Source: Octopus sinensis (taxonomy: Eukaryota). From it: a stretch of 64,000 nucleotides of DNA. This document shows positions 26,546-39,121 of the stretch, one piece after another. A program made the position numbers and the translations under genes. Under the pieces are notes generated by a model. The model did no database searches. It was not told the DNA's origin and worked only from the letters and a program-made list of their open reading frames with translations. Every line of letters begins with the position of its first letter. Position 1 is the first letter of the stretch. The stretch spans positions 60,016,001-60,080,000 of the forward strand of contig NC_043010.1 of the NCBI RefSeq assembly GCF_006345805.1, read 5' to 3'.

Positions 26546-27661
26546 TGACAATGATTTATTATTTATTGAATATAATTTCTTAAAGTGTGTGTGTAAGCAA
26601 ATATTCAAAGTGCATGTAAACATATGCATCTCATCATCATCATCATCTTTGTTGTATGTCTGTTTTCCATGCTGGCATGGGTTGGACAGATCCTCATGTT
26701 CAAAATCAGTACATTTTCAGAAGTACTGCTAGATCGCATCTTGCCCATGTGTTTCATTTTGGGCCTGGATGCCCCACCCTTTTTGACACCAAGCAACTAA
26801 CTGTGTGTGCATGTAGGTATGTATATATATATATATTAATAATAGTAGGGAATATAAAATTCCAAATTTACAGGGAAAAATTCAATTTAGTAATTCTAAA
26901 TCAAATTTCACAATATATAATATATGTATATATTATCCTCTAAAAATTAGGGCTATTATAATATATTTCAATTTTTTCTATATGATTTAATATAGATATC
27001 TTTCATTGTCAATTGAATTACTTAATAGAGGTTATTTCTCTTAATTATATATATATATATAGAGAGAGAGATAGATAGATAATTAGATACAGATAGGTTT
27101 ACGAGACAGAATCCCCCTCAAGCAACTCAATCATCAGTGAATGACATTATCAACAATAGGTACATATAGGACTAAATCTTAAAATTATCAAAATTAATAC
27201 CTACAATTCTTATTTCAAATCATATACTTTACTACGTGCGTTTCATGACAATATATTCCCCGATATTGCTGAAATAGAATGTCTCTAAATACAATACCAT
27301 ATTAAAACGATTATATTGCCAATCTTCAGGTCTAGACTATATGAACTTATTTTGCTATTCACATCCTATATAAAGACATGACAAACTAAAATTATATAAC
27401 TAGAAGTTGTCGGAATAATTTAACTTTAGTAAATAATGAACAGAAATGTGGAATAAAATATATATATACATACATTCATATATATATATATATATGCACA
27501 GACATATACACATGCATGTGATCATGTGTATGTTGCATGCTACTTTAAGATCATATACTTTGATGTACATAGTATTTTCTGCTTATTGGTTTATATTGCA
27601 TTATAATATTATATCTTGGTTGCTATGGTGTCAAATAAAAAGATAACCCTCAACTGTTATA

Positions 27662-27855
27662 AAACCAGCAGTGGATTACTGAATTGCTAAAGTGCTGAGC
27701 AAAATGTCTTGTGATAGTTCTGACCCTTTATATTTTGAGTTCAAATCCCACCAAGATTAGCTTTAGCTTTCTTGCTTCTAGGGTCAATAAAATGGTATTC
27801 ACTAGCCTTGCATTCCCCAAATTTCAGGCCCTATTCCTATGCTAGAAACGATTAT
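27662..27855 (+). mobile_element. SINE family B (diverged)
   Basis: ttttgagttcaaatcccacc...ttagctttagctttc...ggtcaataaaat motif. Confidence 0.55.
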
Positions 27856-27999
27856 AACTGTTATAAATAAGATTGACAGAAGTTTCAGAGAATCAGATTC
27901 ATTTATTTAGGTGCGGCTGTGTGGTTAAGGAACTCACTTCCCAACTAAGTGTTCTTAGGCTCAGCTAGAAATAGATTTACACACACACACACACACATA

Positions 28000-28826
28000 T
28001 GAGGAGGTACCCAAAAGTAACCAGAAACATTCTCTGTGGGACAAGCCCATTGTAGTTCAGGCTTCTGCAGCTAGAAGTCACTTGATGTGACCCTCAGGCA
28101 TCAGTCTACTGACCAGCATCATCGAGTGAAGTCGTACTGCCACGTGATGCATCTTTCCTTTGCAGTGCTTCTCCCAGTTTGTCAATTTTTGCAATGGCTG
28201 AAATGAAGGAACAGCATGCTTCAATAAAATTTTGTTTTCTGCTGGAAAAAACAACACCTGAAACAGCTGCCATGCTTCAAACAGCTTACAAGGATGCTGC
28301 CATGAGCAAGTTTACAAGTGGTTTTCACACTTCCGGAATGGTCACTTGTTGGTTGAAGACCCCACATGAACGAAAACAACACAAAAATTCATGATCCAAT
28401 TTTGGAGGACCATTGCTGAACAGTTGACGAACTTGTTGAGATGACTGGGGTATCCTGGAGCTCCTGCCAACGAATTTTGAGTGGAAAATTTCAAATGGAA
28501 AGAGTTGCAGCAAAATTTGTGCCTCACTTGCTCATGGAAGGTCAAAAGCAGTCATGACCCCACTTAATCTTGCACCCTGTGATATTTTTTGTTCCCTCAA
28601 ATGGAAAAAGTTCTTAGAGGAAAACATTTTGCAGATGTGGAAGAGGTGAAGAAAAGACAACAGAGGTGCTGAAAGGCATCACTCTGCAAGAGTTCCAGGA
28701 CTGCTTTGAACAGTGGAAAACCTGTCTGGACTGATGCATTGCTTCAAATTGAGAATATTTGGAGGGGATAAAAGTGTAAACATGTAAAGCTAAGTGAATA
28801 AAATAACATTGTAAAATTCCAGGTTT
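28000..28826 (+). mobile_element. Internally deleted mariner transposon
   Basis: TA followed by TIR-like tgaggaggtacccaaaagtaaccagaa. Reading across frameshifts gives MAEMKEQHASIKFCFLL...VYKWFSHFRNG...ERVAAKFVPHLL (mariner HTH and WVPHxL-equivalent) joined directly to LAPCD.F...KGKHF-like C-terminus. The catalytic core is deleted. Confidence 0.9.
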
Positions 28827-28853
28827 ATATGTATGTGTGTGTGTGTGTATATA

Positions 28854-28904
<51 letters not shown>

Positions 28905-28907
<3 letters not shown>

Positions 28908-29110
28908 TAATCCAAACAAGAAAACACAAAAAAAACACAGCAACATGAGGACGTGGAACAAATAAGTATTATTAGATGCTCAGGAAAGAAGGGAAGGAGG
29001 GTTTAACGTTTCGAGAGCGGAGCTCTTCGTCGGAAACAAAGGAGAAGGAAAGATCCCGAGAAGGGAAGACAGAGGAAAAAAAATTGCTGGCGGTGCTCAC
29101 AAGGTCACAT
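28905..29110 (-). mobile_element. Penelope-type terminal-repeat fragment with a minimal hammerhead-like motif
   Basis: The reverse complement of 29001-29040 is GTTT-CCGACGA-AGAGC-TCC-GCTCT-C-GAAA-CGTT-AAAC. The flanks are homologous to 62190-62400. The PLE assignment is inferred from the motif. Confidence 0.55.
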
Positions 29111-29130
29111 GTTGAAAAAAGGATATATGG

Positions 29131-29178
<48 letters not shown>

Positions 29179-29188
29179 ATGTATATAC

Positions 29189-29240
<52 letters not shown>

Positions 29241-29472
29241 ATACACAAAGCTCAATCTTTTGGTATGAAAAATACATGGCAGTATAGTACTGAAGGTGAC
29301 GTAACTAAACATATTCTTTGGCAAAATATGTTAGAGATAAATATTATTCTTAATTAGAATTATTATTAGTGTTCTGGAAACTAATATGAATTATATTCAA
29401 AAATCATGTGATAATGTTAAGCAAACAGTTGATTTACCTCATCCCACACCTGTTCTTTTTTTGTCTCACACA

Positions 29473-29547
<75 letters not shown>

Positions 29548-31499
29548 GCCTGCACACAATAATCTTGTATCAAACTTTTTCCAGTTCTAAGTTTCAAATC
29601 CAGTAGGATTTAGTTTTCGAGTTTTGCCAGTTCAACTTTGCCACTTAACAGAGATTGGACCAGTAAATTCACACAGCAGTTGAAAAAGGAGTGTCTCAGT
29701 CTCCACACACACACATTCCAAATACACTGTCAGCTTATATCCGTGCAAGGTATTTATGATCCTACAGACAAGTTGTCAGGATAATCTTAAGAGATAGAGG
29801 AAAGTGGAGAAGGAAAACATAAATCTTTCATCAATGTAAGGATCAATAAACAACTCCACGTAAAGTGACAAATCTCATACTTTCTGAGTGTTATGGAGAG
29901 CAAGTTGGAGAGAGTAAGCAGGGATCCTGAAGGCCTTCGCCATTTACACTATTGCTTACCAAACCCCAAGTTTCAAAGTCATTCCTTAAACTGCCAACAT
30001 TTGTACCTGAATTATTGTCATGGTTGGATTAACGATCTGAAATACTGCATCCTGGTTATTGGTGAGAAACTAAGGATTTTAGTTATTTAGAATGTTCTTT
30101 CACACATCTCATATCTGATATTGTTGTTGTGATGCTGAAGATATTTCTGCTGATGTAGTTGCTGCAGTTGTTATTGTGATTGCTTTTGTTTTAATACAGC
30201 ATCAACTTCGGTTTATCTTCTCTGTTGTTGTTGTTGTTGTTACATTTTGTTGAACATTTTACGCACTCTTTCCATGCTTTTGCTAGATTTACTTTTTGCT
30301 GTGAACAATAGAATCCTTTTCCCCCACCCTCTTCCATCTGCCACCCACCCTGCTAGCGTGTACGTGCATGCACATGTGTGGTGCAGTTGAATTCGGTAAA
30401 ATATTCCGTTGCATTGCTTGTATGAATATCGATATCAATAGTGTGAAATATTTTTTCGTACTTTTATGTTGAACATTTATGTTTGATAATATTAACGAGA
30501 ATTGTTTGAAAATTGTTATCATTCTCATCATCATCATCATCATCAGCAGCAGCATTGATAGTTTTTATGAGATAAAGCATTTGTTATTGACATAGATGCA
30601 ATTGTACTTGTTAGTGGATTTTCTGTATGAGAAGGTGATGTATTTCTTATCTCTAGCTTGGATATTGATGTCTAATAAAGGTATTTTTCTATTGATGCCA
30701 GTGTAGATTAGAACTTTCAGACCTTTCTTTATGTATATTTTTGTTAGCAAGCAGATATTTTGATTGACGATATATCTTTAGTAATGGGTGCCATTATTGT
30801 TGGGGCTGAAAGAATAGATTAGTTGTGCCAGAGCTATTCATTCCCCACTCTTCCTCAATCTGTCTTCTTCATAAATGTGTGTGTGTGTGTGTGTGTGTAC
30901 AAAGAGAGGAGAGAGGGACAGACAAAGAAAGATTACAATTTTTTGCCATCCATTAGGCAGGAATAAAAAAAACTGTAATCCTAGTGCTGAAAACATTGGA
31001 AATATCATAAAGAACTAATCGGCTGTAAACTAAATCTTTACTGGTAGCATTGCCAAGGTTCACTCTTAAAATATCAACCCTTTTTGATTTGAAAGAATAG
31101 AACAAAAGGGTTGGCATCTGACCATTGCTACTGGATTTATGTAGTTTACCTCAGTGCAAAAACATGGTACAGACTTAGAACAGAAAATCACTGTGTGAAG
31201 AAATTATTTATTTATTTATTATAGATCATACATTGCTATATCTTACTGAGTAATCACCTGATGCCAATGCTTATAGCCACTTCTGACAGCAAGCAGCCTT
31301 ATGGTGTAGCTATTCTAAAAGCTGTGCCCCTATTCTAAAAACCAAGATACACATTTTATTATGGTGCAAACTGAATTACAAATAAACCCAAACGTATATA
31401 TCAAAATGAATAAGTGTTATATGCCTGCAACTGATTGCTGTTGTTGGCATCCTTTTGTCTCGGGAGACAATGGAGTTGCGCATAAACTAATCCAGTCTG

Positions 31500-31870
31500 G
31501 ATTTTACATTTCATGTCCTCTCCAGTTTTGCGCATGCCTGGGCTAGATGTAAGAAAATCCTGGGTAGCCCAATCATCAGGATTCCTCTCTCGACCTTGCT
31601 GACATAGTCCAAAAGAGTGCAGAGCATTACGTTTGGCACCAGCTTGGTTGCAAGAGCTGCTAGAAGAGTGTCAAGTCGAACTCTAAACTGCTTACGGGGC
31701 TCCACTCTGGATTTCTTTGAAGGCTGTCCCTTTTCTGTAACCCTGAATAGGGGCCCATACCGGATACTGTCAGCCGGAGCCAGCTGAGCCCGGGACTCAT
31801 GTCAGGCAGGGTCGTCACTCCCTGAAGTAGTGAAGAAAATCACTACCCACTACCTACCTGGAACTGATTA
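31500..31870 (-). mobile_element. 5' region of an RTE/Expander-like LINE
   Basis: GC- and CpG-rich island; ctgcttacggggctccactctggatttctttgaaggctg resembles, from recall, the 5' region of RTE elements. Confidence 0.4.
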
Positions 31871-31873
31871 GCA

Positions 31874-31909
<36 letters not shown>

Positions 31910-31921
31910 CATTATTATTAC

Positions 31922-32486
31922 TGAGTGAAAGAGCAGTGCATGCCATCAAAGTTACACAGGGATAAACTATATGAAGCCCAATATACCCATCATGACTACA
32001 TATCTGATAAGGGTACATCAGGTACATGCATCACAATCATATGCGTGTAACATAATGATCTCATATCAAGGTAAATAGCGCATGACCTTGCAGGTGGGGC
32101 CCAGTTAGAATTTTATTCAGGTTGAGCAGCCCATCCCACTCAAAAAGTCACTGAATTAAGGTTGTTTAAGGATGTTGAATGAAACATCCATGTTTCCAGA
32201 GGTGAATTATCCAAACCCCAAAGAATTCCTCTCAACACATGGCTATGATGCTCCCCCACTACTTCTGTTCGTGATCAGAGATGCACATATCGTCAGCCAC
32301 TAAGGGACATGCTCAACAGGTTACGGTCAAACAATTCACAAGCAAATCTGTGGTATTGAGCAGAATATTTGCTATAACCCATCTTTTATACCAAGACAAA
32401 ACAATGTACATTGTACATGATAATACTTCTGATCAGTTAAGATCTGAAGCCATGGGAGCCAGCATGTGGGACTGCATCAGGGCATT
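31922..32486 (-). mobile_element. ~560-bp interspersed element embedded in (TAA)n, copy 2
   Basis: Colinear with 13150-13686; (att)n at 31876-31920 and again after 32486. Confidence 0.8.
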
Positions 32487-32749
32487 TATTATTATTTGTT
32501 TATTTATTATCATTATTATTGTTGTTGTTGTTATTTTTCTGCTGAGGTTGACTTTGCCTTTCATCCTTTGGGATTGATGAAATAAGCACCAGTTGAGCGG
32601 GGGGGGGGGGGGGGGGTCGATGTAATCAAGTAGGCCCCTCTCATAAAATTTCAGGCCTTGTGCCAAAGTAGAAAGGATTATTAGCAATGTTATTAACCAG
32701 CACTTCAAAATAATAAAGAGTATTTACTAAAACTGTATCACTATTTCTT

Positions 32750-32950
32750 TGTCGGGCATGCATATGGTGAGAAAACCATTTTGAATGAATACAAGTTTTC
32801 ACAAGTTTCTGTCGACTAAATTCCATACACAAGGCAATGGTAAACACTAGGCTTCAGTAGAAAGAAACTTGCCCAAGATTTGTGCAGTGGAATCGAACCT
32901 GGAATGATTGGTTTGTGAAGTGAACCTCAACTATAAAGCTGTACTTGCAT
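32750..32950 (-). mobile_element. SINE family A, 5' half (old)
   Basis: acttgcccaagat...gcagtggaatcgaacctggaa matches the reversed family-A head. Confidence 0.6.
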
Positions 32951-33999
32951 CTATGAGTCTGGAAATTTATGATTTTCTTAGTGATAGTCTTTGTAGGAGG
33001 CTAAGAAGAAATAGTAGGAAATGTTTTGTAGAAGAGAGAAGTAAAAGTGAAATAGTAAGTGCAAAATAATTGAACGAGTTAAATATGTTGATAATTTAAG
33101 CTGAGTGAAATTAAAGTGGCAGAATTGATTGCGGAGAGGAGAGAAGAGTCAGTCAAGCAGAATCATCTTATTCAGTGAGGGAAAACAAATGGAAAAAATA
33201 TCACTGATAAACATATTGTTACATGAGAGAGTAGAATGGGAATTGTCTAACATTTTTCCTGTCAGAATATTTCAACATCTTACAATATAACACATTTCTT
33301 ATGCCATAGTATACTGTCTGGCAATAATCATTTCTGTAACTGGATACAGTGGAACTTCTGTCTAGTATATAACAACAGCTTATATCCCCACTATAACCTT
33401 GTTAATCAATGTGACACCTCATCTCCTAAATTGCTTCAAGGAAGTTCACATTATCAACAGAATGTTTGACATCTGATGCTTTGGTTTTAAATGAATTATA
33501 TATATATATGTTTTGTTTTGTTTTGTTTTGTTTTGTTAAAGCCAAACAGAAATTAATTGGAAACAAATTGCTTGAAATAATTCTTTCAACTCGCTAACAT
33601 TACCAATCTCAAAGTGAAATAAAGGTAGCAATAAAATGTGTCTAGTAACATAATTGAAACTATTCACAAGTGGAAGATAGATAAACAGTTCTTTAATTCA
33701 GATTAAACTTAATGTTTCAATGCCACTTATTACATTGCTTGTTATTGATACAATTTCTACTTAATAGATATACAGCTTTCATGAAAACAGTTTTTTTTTT
33801 AATGTCTTTTCCATGGTTACATGTACACACACACACACACACACACACACCAACGAATATGTTTACATTCATCAATTAATACGTACATACTCACACACCA
33901 ACAAATACATATACACCCACCAAGAAATAAATACATACACACATGCATACAAATGAACATACACATAAATACATATACACATTTACACACACAGATACA

Positions 34000-34620
34000 T
34001 TAGTAATAATAATGAAATAGTTGCTATCAGAATAATAGTTATGAACTAGACTTCTTTGAAATCCTTACTGGAAAAAAAAAATTAATATGAAAGAATATGC
34101 TAATATAGCCTCTAGACTGAAGAACTAAAGATATTTAAAAATGAAAGCAATTTGTTTAATTTATAAACAACAATATGTCATATTGCAACAAACAACAATG
34201 ACAGGTGGAGCAATCAGATTAATACTAAACATACTGGAATGGATTTTGAAAAACTTGAAAGGCCCACATTTATTAATAAATTTTAAAAAAATAAAAGAAT
34301 CTGTAATGTGCCAATATATTCTTTGGAAAATAAAACCTTTTTAGACTGTAATGAATTTCACTTACGGATATAGTGATGCTTTTGACTACTGGAGAGAATA
34401 AGAGTTTTAAGATAAAATAAAATAAAAAATATAAAGAAAGAAAATTCGAGAAAGGAAATAAGAACCAATAATGGTAGAAAGTGATAATTTAACGAGTTCT
34501 TGGACAGGTCTATTAGTAAGTGAACATTAAACATAAAATGTTTACAACCAAATTATCATTATAGATACTTGGGGATATTGATTGATCCAAATTGTAATTT
34601 TGGAAGTCAACACCAGTAAA
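34000..34620 (+). mobile_element. Highly degraded L1/Tx1-like RT relic
   Basis: AIRLILNILEW...HLLINFKKIKESV resembles NIRLIxD...LLxIDFEKAFDSV; YRYLGILI occurs downstream. Confidence 0.35.
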
Positions 34621-34782
34621 TTTGAGAAGCGTAGAGGAGAGAAATAATATTAAACCAAAATGCATGAATAGCAAATTATAAAAAGATAAGTAGTTTTTTT
34701 AAATGAATAGAATGACAAAGTTTTAAAAAGGATAACTTACAAAATTATCATCACAATGAAATCGTTGTTTTTAAAGTCCTGC

Positions 34783-36051
34783 TTAAACAAACGTAGAAGT
34801 CCATTTTTTTGGTTTGTCAGCTCCAATATTCCTTGGACTAAATAATCCAATACATATTCAGTTTCAGTTAGCACTAAATATGGCAATTACCACTACTACT
34901 ACTACTATCATCCATAACAACTTCTACATTATGTGCTGCATCATAAAAAAAAGATGGTTAACAACACCTGGCTTCAGTGTGGAGTTGATCCTTTTAGATG
35001 AATTGAAAGAGCATCATCACCTCTTAAAGCGCTCAGATTCAGTCCTGCTTTCAGAGGCTACAGCAGTCCATTTTATGGTGCTACCTGCTCAGTGATCAGA
35101 TTAAATGGTTATCTGTCAGAACTATTTTGTTCTCTGTCCTCTTTTCAATATGCCTTGACTCTCAAACCAAAGTCATTCTGCTGCTGCAGAAATTGGAGGT
35201 GTTGAGGAGCATCGTGTTTGAACTGGGATCCAATATATGGACAAATTCGTAAAGTAATGCCAGTTGGTGACAGGAGCAAAGACTAACACAGACAAGTCGA
35301 TGTGTCTGCAGCTTGGCACCTGGAGAGACAAGTCCAGACCAGAACTTAGAAACACTGGTCTAATGGACTAGTTACTTAGTGTCTGATTCAATCCAAACCT
35401 CTTGAGGGATGGGAATTAGGATGAAATTATGAGCAGGATGGCCAGTCTCACTCAGAAATGGACTGAGAAGCTACCACACAAAGGTCAGACAGAGATGGCA
35501 AATGTGTGCATTGTCTCTATTATATATTACTTCCTAACCATGATACCTTGCCCTTGTTTTTGAGTAAGGGACACATTCCACTGCCCAAGCTGCCCAACTG
35601 TGCCAAAAACTTCAGTGCAGAGGGACCAAAATGCCTGGTTGAAGATGCTCAAACTTGTTCAGTGTGTAAGCCTTGCTGATCTGTGGAGTTTTGCAATCTG
35701 CCAAATCCATCATGGATTTAGCAATCTGCCAAATCCATCGTGAAAACTGCCGACCACCTTCCTTCAGCAGGAAGTTTTCTTCTCTCTTTGTGATTACAGT
35801 GAAAGTGGTTGTAGAGTGGATATGACTGAAATGACAGAGGACAAATATTTGAGCACTGGGAGCAATGTAATTAACTTATCCCTTACCCTAACATTGCTGG
35901 CCTTGTGCCAAAATTTGAAACCATTACCATTATTATTATTATTATGGCAGTCAGCTGCCATCATTATTAACATATTGGGGAAAATGCTTAGCAGCATTTC
36001 ATCTGTCTTTTTTCCAACCCATGCAAGCATAGAAAAGTGGGCATTAAAGCA

Positions 36052-36089
<38 letters not shown>

Positions 36090-39000
36090 AGAATTATGAG
36101 AGATACATTGCAAGCGTAAAGTTCCATCCATCTTAACAATTATGCAATCATTTATAAGGAATATTACACCAAGGTTATCCTCAAATAGATCAATACATTT
36201 GATGAAGTAATATATACTGAAAGAAGTAAATCTAAGAGTGGGATGAAACATGGCAAAACGGGTAAGAGTTGCAGGTAATGAAATGGAACAAATCCATTTT
36301 GAACAGAATACCACATTTTAATAACAGAAAGCAGATGAGTATCTATCACATTTGTATATCTTCCCAGGGCTAAAACACTTGAAAATAGATTTATTGTTGT
36401 AGTTAAGCAAGTGGCATGAATTTCCTATGCACTGCAGTTTCATTAGCATTTAAATTAATATATTATCAAAAAGAGAGAAAAAAGACTTACATTATAAAAG
36501 CACGTCTATTATTCATGATACATGTTAGAGGCAGAAAATAGCAAGTTGCTACATAATCCTATAAACAAAATAAGAGCAAGAAAACAAAGCATATATCAGC
36601 TTAGCTTTCTGGTCTCTTAGACACTGAGTAATAAATTAACTGACAAGTTAAACAAATGGACATTCTTAATAATGTTATATTGAGGTTGTTCAAAAATGAC
36701 TAGCATGATAAAATGAGTAAAGCTAAGAATTTTCCTCAAAATCCATTAGGAGAGATAATAATTTATGTGATTGGTAATCAGGTAGACTATGTAACATCAT
36801 GTTATAACAATTATAGAAATTCTTCATTGCAGCATTCTGATAATAATCAGAGGAAGCAGTGTATGATTTGAACCTGATGTCTTCCTTGTGTGTCTGTGTG
36901 CATCTATGGTTAATGATCTGTGGGCTCAGATATTACTGTAGGCATTGCATTGTATGAGAAAGAGTTAGACTTTAGTAACCTCATCACATCAAACTGGAGA
37001 ATGGGTAATAATCTGACTATTGTTAGAAAAGGTATCACATGGTCAAGCATTGCATTGGGGTTTCTTCTTACTGAGACAAACATACAAAAATGATAAATGG
37101 AATCTTCATTATGCGTGTGTTTGTGTGTGTGCATGCACATGTGTGCGAGCATGTACGTGTTTCTGAGAACACTTTTTCAAACATTTAAGCAACAATGTAT
37201 TTGGAAAATTATTTCATCTGTTTTTTTTTTGTTTTTTGTTTTTTGTTTTTTTGGTGTGTGTGTGTGTGTGCAGTGTCTGGTGGTAGTTGACTGTTCACTC
37301 AGCTTTGCATCAATGGAGAGAAGATAAAACTTAATGAAAAGGAATTCAAGCATAAATATATATATTAAAACCTAGGTTGAAGCAATGTACATAGAAAGAT
37401 AAAAATTGATTGAATCATTGACTTGAATTAATATCATCACATCCAAAAGGGTAGAGGAGGGGGACATTTTAGTCTTATTGTGTAGTAAGCCTTATTGATA
37501 GAACTATTATCATTATATTGGAGTAAAACTAAAACTCCTATCACCTTCATGAAGTTCATAGAATCAAACTTGGGTTAAAATGGAAGAAAATAATAATGAT
37601 GATGGTAAGTTTCTAGAAAAACACAAAATTATAAGAAAAATTATGTGATTATGAAGATGTAATTATGAAATGTGTACAAAATATAAATATTTGAAAAAAA
37701 TAATACAAATTGATAAATTGTAGAAACAAAAGATATACCCAACTCAGAAATGGTCAGAATATTCCATTCTACTTTCTACTCAACTAATTGCTGTCTTTCT
37801 AATTCAACCAGAAAGCGAAAGTATTGGGTGAATTGATTGTTACCTTTCTCAGAGGGCACTTAACGATTTACCCAGTGAAAACAAAAAATATCAAATAACA
37901 CGAATTTTCTTTTTCTTACGCAACACCAGACATTTATAATTATCTCCACTCACTCAAGTCACACTTTTCAAGAGTTGAGCCCTTAATGAAGCTTCATAAT
38001 AACAATCTTGTGTGATATATAAAATGTGAACAGAAATGAGAGAAGACTGTTGGACATTCAAAAGATAGTGTGAGCTTGACTGAAATTTCAAATATGAAAA
38101 GGAAAACAGAAAATGTAAGAACAAGCAGTGCAAACAAATCTTTGGAAGCAAAAATAACAGCAACTGCCTTGTTATATTTGGGATGTGTGGCAAAATATAA
38201 GACTGTGACAATGGTTTGGTATGCAAATAGAACAATTTCCTATCTCCAGAGACTTGTAGAAAAGACAATGATAGTAGAAGTAGAAAGCACTACAATGTTT
38301 GATTGCAAAGTCAAAGCAGAGGAAATAGGAAAAGATTGAAAGTTTGGACTTGGTTAGAGAAGAGAAACACCGAAGAAATCTGAAGAAACTTATCTCTATT
38401 TTCAAGTAAGAACAGAGGAAAGTCTCAAAATTTGGTAGTTGTCTTTATTTATTGTCTAGTTTAACATAATCACATGGCTCTTGGATATCTTTAGTTGGAG
38501 TCTGCTGTATTGTGAGCATTTAGTTAAGGTCTCTGGCATGAGGAGAACTTCCTCCCTTCCTTTCATCAGTCATAAATGCTGCAGAAAATGTTTATCCCCT
38601 TCTTTGTAAAACCCCTCTTGGAGAGTTGACTTGATTATGCAAAATTTAAAATATGAATCTACTTTTGTGATTCGATATGAAACTTCGTTGCAACAACAGC
38701 AACAACAATGATTTGTTGCAATGATACAAATTTACAGAGGAATAGTCAACTGAATCAACCCGCTGTATATTACTGGTACTTATTTAACTTACTTTAGAAT
38801 AATGGAAGTTGGCCTCAATTGACTATGTAGAGGCAAGAAACTGAAGGACTGTAATTGATATCAGCTAATTTTGTTAATTAGAAAGCAATTCACATTAATG
38901 ACACTTTGAAACTATTTAAACTGGTTTGTTAAACGATCGAAAGATGTGGTTTCTTCCATCTAACATATAACTATATACTGTAAGTTCACAATTTTATATG

Positions 39001-39121
39001 CTAATTCTTTCATGACAATATTTCTAATAAAGTACACTATGTGTTTTAATTAATTTTAAAATTCAAGAATTTAAAGGGATTTTAAAAATTACTTCATTAT
39101 TAAGCCAAAGAACAAAGTCAT
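34783..39121 (+). repeat. Tandem segmental duplication, unit 1 (~4.34 kb)
   Basis: Starts ttaaacaaacgtagaagtcc and ends aagccaaagaacaaagtcat; the whole unit recurs immediately at 39122-43398. Paired identical ORFs appear in the track (34814/39152, 35173/39511, 38070/42347). Confidence 0.97.
35120..35780 (+). mobile_element. Tx1/L1-clade LINE RT C-terminal relic (second copy at ~39460-40095)
   Basis: Reads LVTGAKTNTDKSMCLQLGTWRDK...KGQTEMANVCIVSIIYYFLTMIPCP, matching the Tx1 pattern SGAKINxxKSxxLxLGxW...LSxxGRxxxxN. Confidence 0.65.

Noticed and set aside
31922-32486. Dispersed and tandem repeats considered as a CRISPR-like array
   Set aside because: No regularly spaced short direct repeats with unique spacers, no cas genes, and a eukaryotic context.
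38070-38339. 89-aa ORF duplicated at 42347-42616
   Set aside because: No splice support or known motif; the identity of the two copies only reflects the tandem duplication.
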